Origin: Vermamoeba vermiformis
Taxonomy: Eukaryota
Length of the DNA: 64,000 nucleotides
Direction of reading: 5' to 3'
Assembly: GCA_045837725.1 (NCBI GenBank)
Contig: JBEWZL010000260.1
Coordinates: 434,001-498,000 of the forward strand
In this document: in pieces, positions 41,701 to 55,183 of the stretch
Numbering within the stretch: the stretch's first letter is position 1
Layout of the letters: each line of letters begins with the position of its first letter
Position numbers and translations under genes: made by a program
Notes under the pieces: generated by a model
Database searches by the model: none
Told to the model about the DNA's origin: nothing
The model's input: the letters and a program-made list of their open reading frames with translations, nothing else

Positions 41701-43950
41701 ATTAGTCACTATTCTCGTATAATATGACTTCTATTGGTTACTTACGGAATATCTAATCTTCTTTACAATATCCACTGCATTGTTGTAATCGGAGTTAAAC
41801 GACTTCTCCATTGATTCAACAAAATCTAGCAATATTATTAGTATATTATACTACTACATTATTATAGTAATATACTTACCAGGGTTAAAATTATGGCTAC
41901 ATTTCAAAATAAATTCGCCATTAAAAATATTTACAAATATGTTCAAAGTGTGCGCGTCAAATAAATACACGCGAATATGAGACTTGCTTAAATCTAAAAA
42001 TAAAAAACCGTTAATACAAGTTTCTATATTTAGCAATAAAAGTAGGGTCTATTATTACCAGTTTCATCGACGACTAGTGTAATATCATCAGGCTTGAAGA
42101 ATTGTGAGGCCTCATCTTTGGTCAACAGAGCAAAAATCTTCCTTTGCATAGTCAAAATATGAAGACTAGCAGCTGTTGACAACAACTTTTCCAAGCTGAC
42201 ATTGGTCGGATCCACGCTCAATTTCGGCTCTTTCTTCGAATGAACATCGGTCAGCTTGGGCTTGTGCGACACAGCGAGCTCATTGTTGTCGTCGATGGTG
42301 ATCTTCAGACTGATTTCTCCGTCAGCAGACTGAGGGTTATTATCGACAATTGGTGGTCTGACAAAAATTCATTAGCGCGGGACATTATTTAACATAGTAA
42401 TGAGCAAGTCAGTCACGTACCTCCAGTAATTCACAACGAGCGTTGATTGCTCGCGTTTGAAAGTTGAGCCAGTGATCAAAGTACCAGTCTTGTTTTGTGT
42501 CTGGGTCTCGGCCTGTGAGTGCAACAGATCTAGCTGCAACAGATTGACAAAGCCGTGCACCACTGAGTACAGCTCTACTAATGGTGCGGTGCTGTTTTTC
42601 ATGCGCTCTTGTGTGATGCCTTGCACTTGATTCGTGAAAAAATTGCCAATGTAATCTGCGAGTAAAACTGTCAGTAAAAAACTATGACACGTGTCAAATT
42701 TGATTGTGACGCACGTTTTGAGCCAGAAGGCGCGACGAACATTTCCAAACTCAACACAGTCCACGGCGCTTGTTGCGTGATACCATCAAAAAGTGTCAAC
42801 GAGACCTGGTCAAACATTGATTAATATTCTCGAAAGCTTTTTTGCTCATCTGTTGATCTTACTTTAAATTCTGATTTGACCGTCAAGTGTAACTGTCCGT
42901 TATCTATATTTGGTTAATGAATCGATTAGTTTCAGTGAACCAACGACCTAGACTGGTACGTACCAATAACAATGTCATTGAACTGTTTCGGCACTTGACT
43001 GTTCAATAATTTAATTCTGATGATGTGGTTCAGACGATGAATAACGTGCTCGCGCTCTTCATCGTTCAATTTGGACGCAGCAGGCACCATTTTTTGGATC
43101 GAAGTTGGCATGCGTTGAAATGTACCCGTTGTTAGTACATCAATAGCCGAGGATACGTCATATATAGGAGCTCTATATTAATTAATATTAACACGTGACT
43201 TCGTTCAGTGAAAAATAAATGGCGTACTTGGCGTCACGTAAAGTTTCGTGTTCGAGAAAAAAGAGCTGATCTGCTGCCTCACGGAAATTTGTGGCTTGTT
43301 GTTCGAGGAATGTTAAAAGGTCCTATAATACCATATATTAATATCTCGTGGCTAAAACCGCAAATAGATCCGCAGTTTAGCAAGAAATGTCGATGAAATA
43401 TCGGGCATTGGCTGAAAACGATAAATAATTATTTTAACTTAGCCTCGCGTGCTGTAATATCATTGATTAAGCTATAATCGTATTGTCAGGTAATTACCCA
43501 GCATTTTTGAATGGTTGGCATTTGACCAGCCCATTTGACGAGAACTAAAAGGCGAATAAATTGGATGCGTGTCTTCTTGAAGTATTTTATCAATGCCATT
43601 TTCTTCTCGCCATCAGGTTTATGAGAGAAACTGAAGAATAATAAAGAATTAATTTATTGTAATTTTTATCGAGCACCAGATCAGGCAACGATATTTTATC
43701 AGTATTTCAGAAAAGCTCAATTTGAATATTATAATATTTTCTGTGTTGCTAGTATTTATTCTTAATATTTTACGCCTTCTACAATTTGATATTTTAGAAA
43801 ATTTTTGTTAGAATTAAATCTAGCTTCGCTGGCTTACCCGTCAGACAAATTTCGTAGCTCTTCATATGATTTCTCTATTAGTTGATGTAATATAATTGAC
43901 AACGGCTTCGTCGCAATTTGCTGTGACGAATTGGGGGCCTGATCGCTCAT
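38737..43950 (-). CDS. MED14: Mediator of RNA polymerase II transcription subunit 14
   Basis: PLSIILHQLIEKSYEELRNL; KKMALIKYFKKTRIQFIRLLVLVKWA; APIYDVSSAIDVLTTGTFQRMP; long multi-exon gene. Confidence 0.9.
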
Positions 43951-44172
43951 CGAGCTTGAAAATGAGCAGAATTATCTAATGACGAGCTATAAATACAAAT
44001 ATATAATATACACCTTGCTCTTCTATTCCCCGACTCCTAGAACGCAACAAAATACCGCGCCATAAATTTTTAGTTTTTAATTTTGACAAACTTTAGGCGC
44101 ACAAACAGATCCTCGATAAATCGTCGCTTTAAACAGGTGTTTTATTGATCTGGGTTCGAAGGGCGCTTATAT

Positions 44173-45720
44173 TTATAGGGTACTAGTCTCGGCGCGACTG
44201 TTTTGTGCGTTCGACCGCGGATCATGAAGACAGTCATTGCAGTCAATGCTGCGGACAAAGAGAACCACGTGACGGCGTAGTTTAAGTGATTGTTGGGTAT
44301 AGCTACTTTAGTGATACCTCCAATAGGGTACTCATCGCTCTTAGGATCTGTTTAAGAAAGATTAATACGGATCGAGCAGCGCGATCTGAACAGCTGTTAC
44401 ACGCACCTCTAAGAGCTTCTAAATATATTTCTTTAGCACCAGTGATTGATGCCATAGCCGGTATATCGCGCCAGAACCATTGATTGAGTTGAGGATTGTT
44501 AGCTGCTGAGAAACTGCCTCCCTATCGAGCCATCGTTAGTACGGGCCACATCCGCTTTGAAAACAAAAATCGGCTCTATATAGATATACGAGTTTGTATC
44601 TATGTATGTGACTAACCTTTTCGCTGCCACGCATGATTCCAACGACGACTTCGTCACTGATCTTGTCAGGGATCGGTGAGATGTATTCTCTCGGAGCCCA
44701 ACCACGGTTAATTAATATAGTATCGCTATAATTAAAGTGATTAACATACATATACAACGAACTCAAGCATATTGCACGTACCCAGTATCAGATCTGACGA
44801 ACGGTGTAATGAGGTGGTTTCCAATCTTGCCTTCAAATGGCCGCATCATCAAATATAGTTCTCTATTATACAAGTAGTGACCTCGCACTGAATATTTTTT
44901 GTATTCATTATCGCTCACATCTGCTGGACTACAACAAATATTGTTAGAATTATCGCTACGCGATCAGATCTCGGCTTGAAACGGTTGGTTGTCGGTCTAA
45001 TTTGCAATTTTGATAGTTTGTGGTATTTTAAAGGGTATAATAACAATATATATGAATAGTAATGCGTAGACGAGTAAGGTAAAATCTTTTACCTGAAATC
45101 CGCTGGCAACGGTACTGAAGGTTGATTAAAGTTGTTATTAATCTTTCCTAATACGCCTTTCTTCCATTCTAGTCGTTGTAACTGTAAATAAGATTAAGTA
45201 AGTATCACCCTTGTCAATTAGTACGGAATTTTTGCTGGATGTACCTGCCAGACCCCTAAATAAGCACTGATTGTAGGGAATATGCCTAACCACCAATATT
45301 TTTTCAGTCTTTGTTGCCACGGCTCACGAATTTCAATAGTGTGCATGTCTGAGCTGGATGTGGAATATTTCTTTGACCGATCGGCCTTTAATGCAATAAT
45401 TAATATTTGTTAGCGTGCTTAATATTATGCAAGGTATATTAATATTATTATGAGCATTCAACTAGGCAGCAGTGCGACGGAGTTTCAAAAATGAGTTCAC
45501 ACGCGAAATTATTTGCAATATATTTTGACTACAAACCATTTAAATGATATAATATTTGCTCAATAATATAAAAAATAATTACCTTGATTTTTCTGTTTTT
45601 TATTGTCGACCGGCATAGCGCTGAAAATAAAATAATCGGATCAGATCTATTGCAGAGTCACGTGGTGTCATTCAATAGCCGTAAATAATTACCTCGTGCA
45701 CCATTAACAATGCGTAACAT
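44173..45720 (-). CDS. SURF1: SURF1/SHY1 cytochrome c oxidase assembly factor
   Basis: HLITPF, ILINRGWAP, QWFWRDIPAMA, PIGGITKVAIPNNHLNYAVTWFSLS. Confidence 0.92.
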
Positions 45721-45920
45721 ATTTACAAGTTTCCTATTATCTTGCGCTCTGCCAATCAAGTTTAAAAATATTAAAAATTTTCTTTTGTTCTAATTTTCAT
45801 TCAAAAACAGATCAAATACGACAAAAACAGAGAACAGGCACTCGTAATATATATGAGACACTCCATGGACCATTATATAGACCGATCTTGATACTAAATC
45901 TTTTATAATCTTTCAAAAAT

Positions 45921-48900
45921 ATGCTACCAAACGAAACGTAAGTTATTTCGAATAGATCCGCGCACAATAAAATCAATTTTATTTATTATACGCGAGATTT
46001 ATTATAGGAATTAAATTCTGCTGCAGTATAATACCGAAATTCTTTTTTTACACGGATTTATTTAATTTAATTAATTAACCAACTCACGCTTATTTAATGC
46101 AGATTAAAACACTGTAAAATACGGCTTTCGTCGAGCGAGAATGGGTCTTATAAGAAATACACGTGTCAATTAACGAATACACGAGCACTTTTCATCGATC
46201 GCAAATCCAAAGAGCTAAATAAGAACAAAATTGCGGCAGAGCTCACTAGAGCTAGTAATGGCGACCACAGTCATATTAATGGCAATGGTAGTGCCGCTAA
46301 TGGCTTGGCGAGTTTTGTAGATGTTGACTTCTCGGATGTCGCCGAAATACGTTCGTTACACCCGACAAAAAAGCATCATATCGCTCAACTACGACTACAC
46401 GATGGTCAGTCATATTATTTGAAGGTCAGAGATCAATATTGGATCAACTCTTTGCGCGATCTTATCGGAGAGGTACGTGTCGGTAATTTATCGTTGGAAA
46501 TTTACACAAAATTCGGACAAAATTGACATTGTACTCGCTTATTACTCGAGTATAATGGTGTACTAATATCAGTTATCGAATTTGCAATTTAACGAATATT
46601 TTCTACCAAGCGATCCAACAAAATCTAATTAATGTTTTCATGATCCAGTACAAACAACGGTTGTCAACAGCTGTTGAGCCCTATTATACGACACCTGCTA
46701 ATAATCAATGCTTTTGGGATAATTTACCCGACGAATTGATCGTTCGAGTGTTTTATTATTTATCTGTATCGGATGTACCTTACTTTGGCGTCGTAAGTCA
46801 TTGACAACAAATTATTACGCTACTATAATACTAATACATTAATATAATAGGCTTGTAGACGAATTAAAAGCATTTCTTGGTCTAATTCAGTCTGGCGACA
46901 CTTTTACAAAAAGAAATGGGATATTAAGCAAGTGCCTGCATTCAATCAAGAAAAATCGAATTGGAAGGCTATATATAAGCAACAATGTATTATAGGCACG
47001 TATTACTTTGGCCTTTTTATCGATTTTTTTCCTAATTGTTTTCATGCAGGCGATCCGAATCTGACGCTAGTAACCAAAATGGCGTACCATAGTATACTTA
47101 AAGCAGCGCAATATAATGCCACGCGATTTAATTTAGTACGAGAGTTGTATCAATTAAGACAAGGTACATATAATTATTTAAAGTTTATCAAGATCTAATT
47201 TTCTGTTGTAGATGCGCCATGGCAACAAATGTATAATCAACAAATCAAATGTAAGTTGTATATATTAAGTATATAGATATATTAATAAGCTCTTTTGTTC
47301 AGCAACAAAATTGGTACCGATCAAAGTATTGCCGCTGAAAAAAGAATTGCTGAAATTGCCGCCAGAAATCGGCAATTGTACCGCGCTAGAGAGACTCGAG
47401 CTGAATGAATTAACGCTGAAAGAATTCCCCAACAAAGTATCCAAATTGGTGCGCTTGAAGTTTTTGAACATCAGTTATTGTCAATTCAAGGAATTTCCAA
47501 CTGTCAGTAAGTATAATATAATAGCGATATGATATATTTTAAGTTAGATACAATGTCTATCTTCTTACGCTAATAGAATAGGATTTTACCTAAAAAGGAA
47601 ATATTATATTATTATGTTGATCTGCTCTAATAACTTTATTATTTCAAGTCTGCGAACTGCCATTGATAACACTATTTGCTAATCGAAGTGGCTTCACGAC
47701 AATTCCATCAGCTATTTCAAAATTAACCAATTTAGTCGGTACGTACTGGATCGGATCTTGCAATTTTTTGAACTTGTGGTTTAATTATTTTAATTTCCTT
47801 TTAGAGCTATTTTTGGAAGGCAACACGCACGTTACGCAATTACCAAACGAAATTTCGCATTTGACGCGGTTAAGATCGATTTATCTGAACAGATGCGCAA
47901 CACTGACAGCACTGCCGAGTGCAATGGGCGAACTCGTCAATTTGACACGCCTCGAGGCACGTGTGTGCAAGTTACAGTCGTTGCCGCGCGAACTGGGTCA
48001 GTTGACCAAATTAGTCATTCTCGATGTCACGCGCAACAAATTGACCGACATTCCGAGTGCACTCTACAAACTGACGCGATTGAGGTACCAATATATATAA
48101 CGTGATTATAGTGATTAGTGCTTATAGTATTGACCCTTTTAGGACGTTACAATTCTTGCACAATCCGTTGAGCAATGAGCTGAAGGCGCGGCTCTTCACG
48201 AAGGACGAGTTCTTGCACTATTTGAAGTGCGTTGACCAGGGCCTGGCAGTCGATCCACCGCAGTACCCTAGTAAGTACACCACGTGATTTGTCCAAAAAA
48301 GGCAATTACTGACAGTACTGTATAGTCCCCAAGTCAGCACCTGACACGTACACCGCCATCGTCAGATCCCTTTTGAACGTTCAGTCAATGAGTGCGCGAG
48401 GTAATACATGACCTATTTATAGCCTATGTGTACTTAATGCTGATTATTGCCTAATTTAGAATGGAAGCTAAATATTCCGTTCAACGAAATCGAAGTCAAC
48501 ACGCAGAAGATCAGTCGATTTGACACGATACAAATCCCCGAGCTGATTGGTCAATGCATCAGTTTGACACGTGTCGATCTCAGCGGTTACACTCTCGTCA
48601 ACGAGCTACCGCCTGAAATTTCACAATTGACACGGTTGAAGATTTTGAACATGTCTCGCTGTGGCTTGACTAAGCTGCCTTTGCCGATCTTCGAAATCCG
48701 TTCACTGAAACATTTGTTACTGAACGGCAACAACTTTGAGACCATCCCGGCAGCTATTTCAAAGTTACAAAAGCTGGAGATGCTGCTGATCAATGCAGGC
48801 ACGTTGAAGTCCTTGCCAAGCGAGCTGTGTTCACTGCCGCACTTGAAGTTCGTCAATTTAACCGCCAATCACCTCGAAGAATTGCCCGAAGAGCTCGGAC

Positions 48901-49745
48901 ATTTGCGACGATTGGAGTACTTGCACTTGACGAAAAATCCCATCACTCACTTGCCCAAATCCACGTCAAACTTGCGCAAGCTCGTGCTGCTTGCCATGGA
49001 CAAATGCAAGTTGACAGCATTCCCGACATCAATCTGCTCATTGCCTAATTTGGCAGTGCTCAATCTCGATCACAACTCACTGTCGTCAGTCCCGTCCTCA
49101 ATTGGCAAGCTGAAGAGTCTGCACTCGGCGTCATTTGTCAACTGCAAACTGACCGCCTTGCCCGAAGAACTGACACAACTCGTTGAACTCACGTCACTCT
49201 CGCTCGATCACAACCAGTTCTCTCACGTGCCGCGCTGCGTGTTTCACGTGAAGAAATTGACCTCGCTCTCAATGCGCAGTTGTGGCCTCGAAGACATTTC
49301 ACCGTCAATTAGTCACTTGAAGAAACTGACGCACCTCTATTTGGGTCGCAATAGACTCACTTCACTGCCTCCTCAGCTCGGCAATTTGCATTTGTACGTG
49401 TTCACGGTGATTGGCAATCCATTTACAGACGAAGAGCTGATGCGACAATTACGCGGAGGAGATTTGATGAAAATACTGAAATACTTGCGCAATCAAGCGA
49501 CCGATGGACCTCCACTCAACAGAACAAACAGCGCGAACGGTCTGCGTAATAATAATAATATAATTGAGCACGAGAACAATATCACCAACAACAATAACAA
49601 TAACATGCTGAACGCGAACTCGCTGGACACTTCAGCGGACAACAGCGGCAGTACGACGTTCAACTACGCAATGCTGAACAACAACAATATGCTGCAGTAC
49701 ACTGAGTCATCTGACACGATCAGCTCCGAACACTTACGAGACTAA
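45921..49745 (+). CDS. PH-like + F-box + leucine-rich repeat protein
   Basis: N-terminal PH-like segment (VDFSDVAEI..YYLKVRDQYWINSLRDLI); F-box WDNLPDELIVRVFYYLSVSDV..CRR..VWR; two blocks of LP.EI..L..L LRRs; Asn-rich tail. Confidence 0.85.
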
Positions 49746-49994
49746 TGTAGTGCAAATTATCGAACCATTTATTTATTCAATGTACATACACATTTAAATC
49801 AAAACTGTAGATAAAATTTCAAGGCAGATCCCGTCAATCAAAAAAATCTGACCAAGATTGGCCACTATCACCCACACAAGGTGATAAATAGCACTCGTTC
49901 TTTCGAACCGTTACTAGACAAAAGAAAGTAGACATGATTAGAGTAAAACACAATTTATTAGCGCGTTCGTGCGCTAGCCGTTACAAAAAATCGC

Positions 49995-51017
<1,023 letters not shown>

Positions 51018-51720
51018 TCAAACTCTCTTTTGTTTCGTTGAATTCACTTCAAAATGAGGATTTTGTTGCTGCGAAAAAAAAAAAATTGGGGAAAAAAAAA
51101 AAAAAATTTTTTTTTAAAAAATTAAAATAATGGTAAAAAATTTTTTTTTTTTTTGGCTTCAGATATTTTTCAGAACCGTTCGCCTTGGACAAGACCCTAA
51201 CTACGGTCAATTAAATTTAAGTTGCAGCAGAGCGAGGTACCTTTGGATTCACAACAAGAACAAAAGTTTAATCCGGAGCATTAGTTGGGGAATAGTGATA
51301 CTACTATATAGTCTAGCGTTAAATATGTAATGCGCTTGTTTCAGGTATCAACATTTATATATTGGTGCTGCACGATACGTTTCCCAAGCTTTTACTAATT
51401 CCGCATTCACGTCATCTACTTATTTGCTTTATTAATCAGTCATCGTGTTTATAATCGGTAGTAATTCATTGGAATATTTTCATATATTTTAAAGTCTGCA
51501 GAACGAGCAATTCAATTTTCTTAATTTCTGGATTAAAATTTTCCACAACCCCTTTAAATTATAAAATATTTATTTGATAATATTTTGCTAGCAATACCAT
51601 TGAGAGTATTGGTCGCATCATCAGGCTAAGAATTACTAAATTGCTAATATAACTGAGAAATTTGCTTGAACTGTGTTCGATCCGTTTTTGTTTAGAGCTG
51701 GAACCACTCGAACTACCAAG

Positions 51721-52040
51721 ATGGAAGCAACAAAAGAAGAACTAGCTGTTACTTACGCTGCTCTGATCGTACAGCGATGATGGACACAGAATTATCGTCG
51801 ATAAGTTGAACAAACTCGTGAACGCTGCGAATGTAAGTTGCGCCGTGTTGGGGAGTATTATTTGAAACTGTATTTGAAACGCGTAGCTTAGAACAGTTGG
51901 TGGCACCCGCTACAAGAAGTACTGCCTGTACGATTACACCACCACCGAGAGTAATTCCCTACATTAAGGAACACAAATTCTCAATTAAGTCGTCTGGAGA
52001 GGACGCTAGTGACATCGATCCTGGGTCTTTATTTGATTAA
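51721..52040 (+). pseudogene. Divergent 60S acidic ribosomal protein P1-like sequence with two frameshifts
   Basis: Across three frames: MEATKEELAVTYAALI / SDDGHRIIVDKLNKLVNAANV / PCWGVLFETVF...GEDASDIDPGSLFD-stop. Matches the P1 N-terminus and the LFD C-terminus. Confidence 0.7.
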
Positions 52041-52076
52041 ATAAATTCGCGAGGCCTTTAATTACATTTTTATTTT

Positions 52077-53486
52077 TTAGAATTTACTGATGGCCGGAAC
52101 TCGCCGTATTGAAGGGTCTTGGAAAATGTCATTCAATAATGGCTCGAAGGTTGGCACTCCAGGCGTCTTGTAGTAGCAGAATATGAGGCGCCAAATGTCC
52201 TTCGGGAATGTGATAGGATTGCGCGCGACGTTGAAGAACAATACGAGCATGTCCAGCGTTCGTTCGTACTGCAGCAGCACATTTCGTTCCAAAATCTCCG
52301 CGAGTTCTGCCTTTTTGGTGTAGAGCTCATCTTTAAAAATTTCGTCCATCATAATGTCCACTGATAGCAGCGATACATTGTTGTGTAAGGCCAAAAAGAG
52401 ATTATTGGCAGTACTACAGTCCAATTCAATGTAAATCAAGTCCAAGGACGTGAGCGATTGATTGTGCTGTACTAAGTCGATGATCGCTTGGGCTCCCTTT
52501 TGCGTTATAGCGTTCGTTTTGAAGCCTAGATACTCCACATTGGTGTTGATTTTTAATGCCTCCGCCACGCTTTTGATGCATCCGTTGTTAAAAGCAGTTC
52601 CTGAGAACTCTAACTCCGTCAAAAATCGATTGAACTTGAGTGCTTCGGATATCGTTGAAATGCCTTTTACCCAGAATGTCTCGTGTATTTTGAGCGCCGT
52701 TAATGACTCGTTGACTTTGAGAGCATCGCTAATGTATTGCGCTCCATCATCAAGTTCGTTAGGCTCTCCAAAAGTCAGAGTCTTCAGTGTGCAGTTATGT
52801 TTTAGTGCTTCGCCCAGGTATTGCAGACCTGACGCAGTATAATTGAGTGATGTTATGTTCAGCGTTCTTAATGTCATGCTCTTCTTTAAAACTTCGCTGA
52901 GGACGCGCATGCCTTCGTCGCCCGCGCAGTTGTGACTAATATCTAGCACCTTGATCGAATGATTATGCTTCAAGCCCTCACAAAGTGCCACGAACTGTTC
53001 AGGGTTCATAAGGTTCTTTGACAGGACCAATTTGACAATTGAGGAGTTTGCCACCGCTAAGTCTTTGAGACTGGCTGCCGTTTTGAAACCAATTTTCTCC
53101 ACGGTTAACCACATAATTGACATGTTCTTGTTGAGTGCTTTCATAATCATCTCGTGCATCTTCACGTGGGTTTTACTATTCAAATCTAAGCGTACTGGTC
53201 CTGCTGTTTCTTCGATCAACTTCGCGAGCCACCAAGCGTTGATAGTGTCAAGCGAACTAAGATCTTGCCACATTAAGGTGTGCACACTTTGATTCTCTTT
53301 CAGTGCCTCGTACATTGCCTTGCTAGATTCTTCGTTGATCGGATCCAGCATTGAAATCTTCTCCAGCGTTTCACAAGTCTGAATGGCGTCGCGTAAGCAT
53401 TGCCAGTTTGTAACATCGAGGATAGAGATCTCTTGAGTAGACTCGTGGATAGTAAACGGTTGGTTATGATTCGTGTGGCGCTTCAT
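52077..53486 (-). CDS. Intronless RNI-like (NLRC3-type) LRR protein
   Basis: 469-aa ORF with 28-aa repeats such as LSEVLKKSMTLRTLNI, LGEALKHNCTLKTL, ISDALKVNESLTAL; C-terminal FPKDIWRLIFCYY. Confidence 0.88.
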   Translation of the reverse strand: MKRHTNHNQPFTIHESTQEISILDVTNWQCLRDAIQTCETLEKISMLDPINEESSKAMYEALKENQSVHTLMWQDLSSLDTINAWWLAKLIEETAGPVRLDLNSKTHVKMHEMIMKALNKNMSIMWLTVEKIGFKTAASLKDLAVANSSIVKLVLSKNLMNPEQFVALCEGLKHNHSIKVLDISHNCAGDEGMRVLSEVLKKSMTLRTLNITSLNYTASGLQYLGEALKHNCTLKTLTFGEPNELDDGAQYISDALKVNESLTALKIHETFWVKGISTISEALKFNRFLTELEFSGTAFNNGCIKSVAEALKINTNVEYLGFKTNAITQKGAQAIIDLVQHNQSLTSLDLIYIELDCSTANNLFLALHNNVSLLSVDIMMDEIFKDELYTKKAELAEILERNVLLQYERTLDMLVLFFNVARNPITFPKDIWRLIFCYYKTPGVPTFEPLLNDIFQDPSIRRVPAISKF

Positions 53487-54780
53487 ATCTAAGAACCAGG
53501 TCTGGTGGGAATCAGTGGCAAATTTTTACGAGGAAATGCCGAAAATTATTTTCAAGTAAATTATCCAACAGCTGGATTAAACCAAAATGCCATAAAAAGC
53601 ATTAGAATGGCAAAATTTTGATAAACGAAATTTTGCTTACAATTACAGGCTTTTTTGCCTCGGGATCGGGTGACGTTGTCAACATTTTAGACTGTGAAGT
53701 GCACTAATTGCTTTTCGACGGTAAAAATATTTGCTAGTAATTAATTGACCAACTCTCTTCAGTTTCATAAACCCCGTGGGCCGGTGCCAGAGCATCGATC
53801 GACTGATCCTAAGGTGGCGCCAGGGGGTGCGTCTCCAGAGGTTGTCTCCTGGGCAGCGGCTTCTAGTCTCGCGGATGCTGATGGGGTTCCAGTGGGTTGC
53901 CGCCCCATTTCTAGTTTTGTTTTTTTTTTGGCTCTGGTGCCGGCGGAAGTGTGTGGTTAAAAATCCGCCGGCGCGGCAAATTAGCTGAGACTAATTGAAA
54001 AAAAAGAATAAATTAGGGAAATATTTGGCTGGGGAGGTATTTATGATGGGAGGTCTACGAATGAGGTTAGGGGGTAGGTTTTGAGGGGCGGGTCAAGAGG
54101 GGGGTTGTTGCGGGCGCGGGGTGAGTTGGTCGCGGGGGGGGGGAGGGGGGGCGGGGGGGGTGGGGCGGTGGCTAGCTTAGGGACGTACCGACCGGGCAGG
54201 AGGATCCCTGGAATAAATCCGGAAAGTTGTTATGTTAAAGTTCGTGGTGTGTTGTTCTTCTCGAAGAAAAAATTCAGTTTGCTTGCTTTCCCTTCCTAGC
54301 ACCACAACTGAGCGGGTGACCGACCCTAAGCCACTAATAATATCCTTATAACGATGATGATTATGCTTGTTTCTAACTTGTTTTGTTTTCCTTCCTTTCA
54401 TCTTCCGTTCATCCATTAGTTTGAGATCCTTCTTTACCGTTGTTAAATAGGCCATCTGTAATATAATTTATCTTGTGTTTTTTGCGTCGCTCCGAGTTTC
54501 GGCTTTCACTGGACAAAAACAGATTTGACGGTTGTTCTGGACTACCCAAGAATTATTTACGAGTTAAACTTATTGAGATAAATGATAACTTGGGTATGTT
54601 CTCACGATAATTACTTACTGTAATTAAAGCGTTTAACTATTTTAAAAATAATGAAAATAATTTTTCAGTCAACAAAAATTCACTATAGCTACCACAAGCC
54701 TTAATACACGTAATAGTGCTATATTTTATTACATTAATATCCTCTTCTTAGCTATTTCTTCACAATCCCGGTATTATCAA

Positions 54781-54788
54781 TCCCACAA
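54781..54788 (+). promoter_or_regulatory. DUSE-like snRNA upstream element TCCCACAA
   Basis: Matches the Dictyostelium upstream sequence element consensus WCCCAYAA and starts 62 nt before the U12 5' end. Confidence 0.7.
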
Positions 54789-54842
54789 CAAATTTCCACC
54801 ACGACAAATTTAAAACAGCAAATCCGGTCTCGCTTTCTTTTA

Positions 54843-54986
54843 ATGCCTCAAACTAATGAGTAAGGAAAATAACGTTTAGTTTGATAGCTAAACTCGTGAT
54901 CATCACGGAGAATTTCTGGGGGCAATAGGCTGGTTCTTGAAGGCGGTGCCCCTCTTCGGGATGCCTCTTGTTGACCGGCCTGCCCG
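54843..54986 (+). ncRNA. U12: U12 minor spliceosomal snRNA
   Basis: 5' ATGCCTCAAACTAATGAGTAAGGAAAATAACG (branch-site pairing GTAAGGA); stem GTTTAG..CTAAAC; Sm site AATTTCTGG; 3' stem with CGGGATGCCT, ending CTGCCCG as in known U12. Confidence 0.93.
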
Positions 54987-55183
54987 TCCTAAATAACAAA
55001 AAAATTAATTATTGGGGTGCGGGATATTGGGCAATTAACGATGTTCATAGGATTAAATATGCGCATTCTTGGAGGCTAGTTACAAATGATAGCACGCAAT
55101 AAGCTTATACAGAATAATTAGCGACTATTCGATATATATGGAAAGAAGCCAGCCGTTCGTAAAAGATTACTTTATTGACATTG

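Noticed and set aside
51070-51155. Poly-A/poly-T runs (also the T run at 11402-11428)
   Set aside because: No target-site duplication or retroelement sequence seen; likely simple sequence or base-calling noise.
53770-54200. G-rich tract with G-quadruplex-like runs and short ORFs
   Set aside because: Same signature as 9560-10090 on the opposite strand; probably an assembly artefact.
54177-54455. 92-aa basic ORF
   Set aside because: It runs into the low-quality G-rich tract and shows no recognisable homology.
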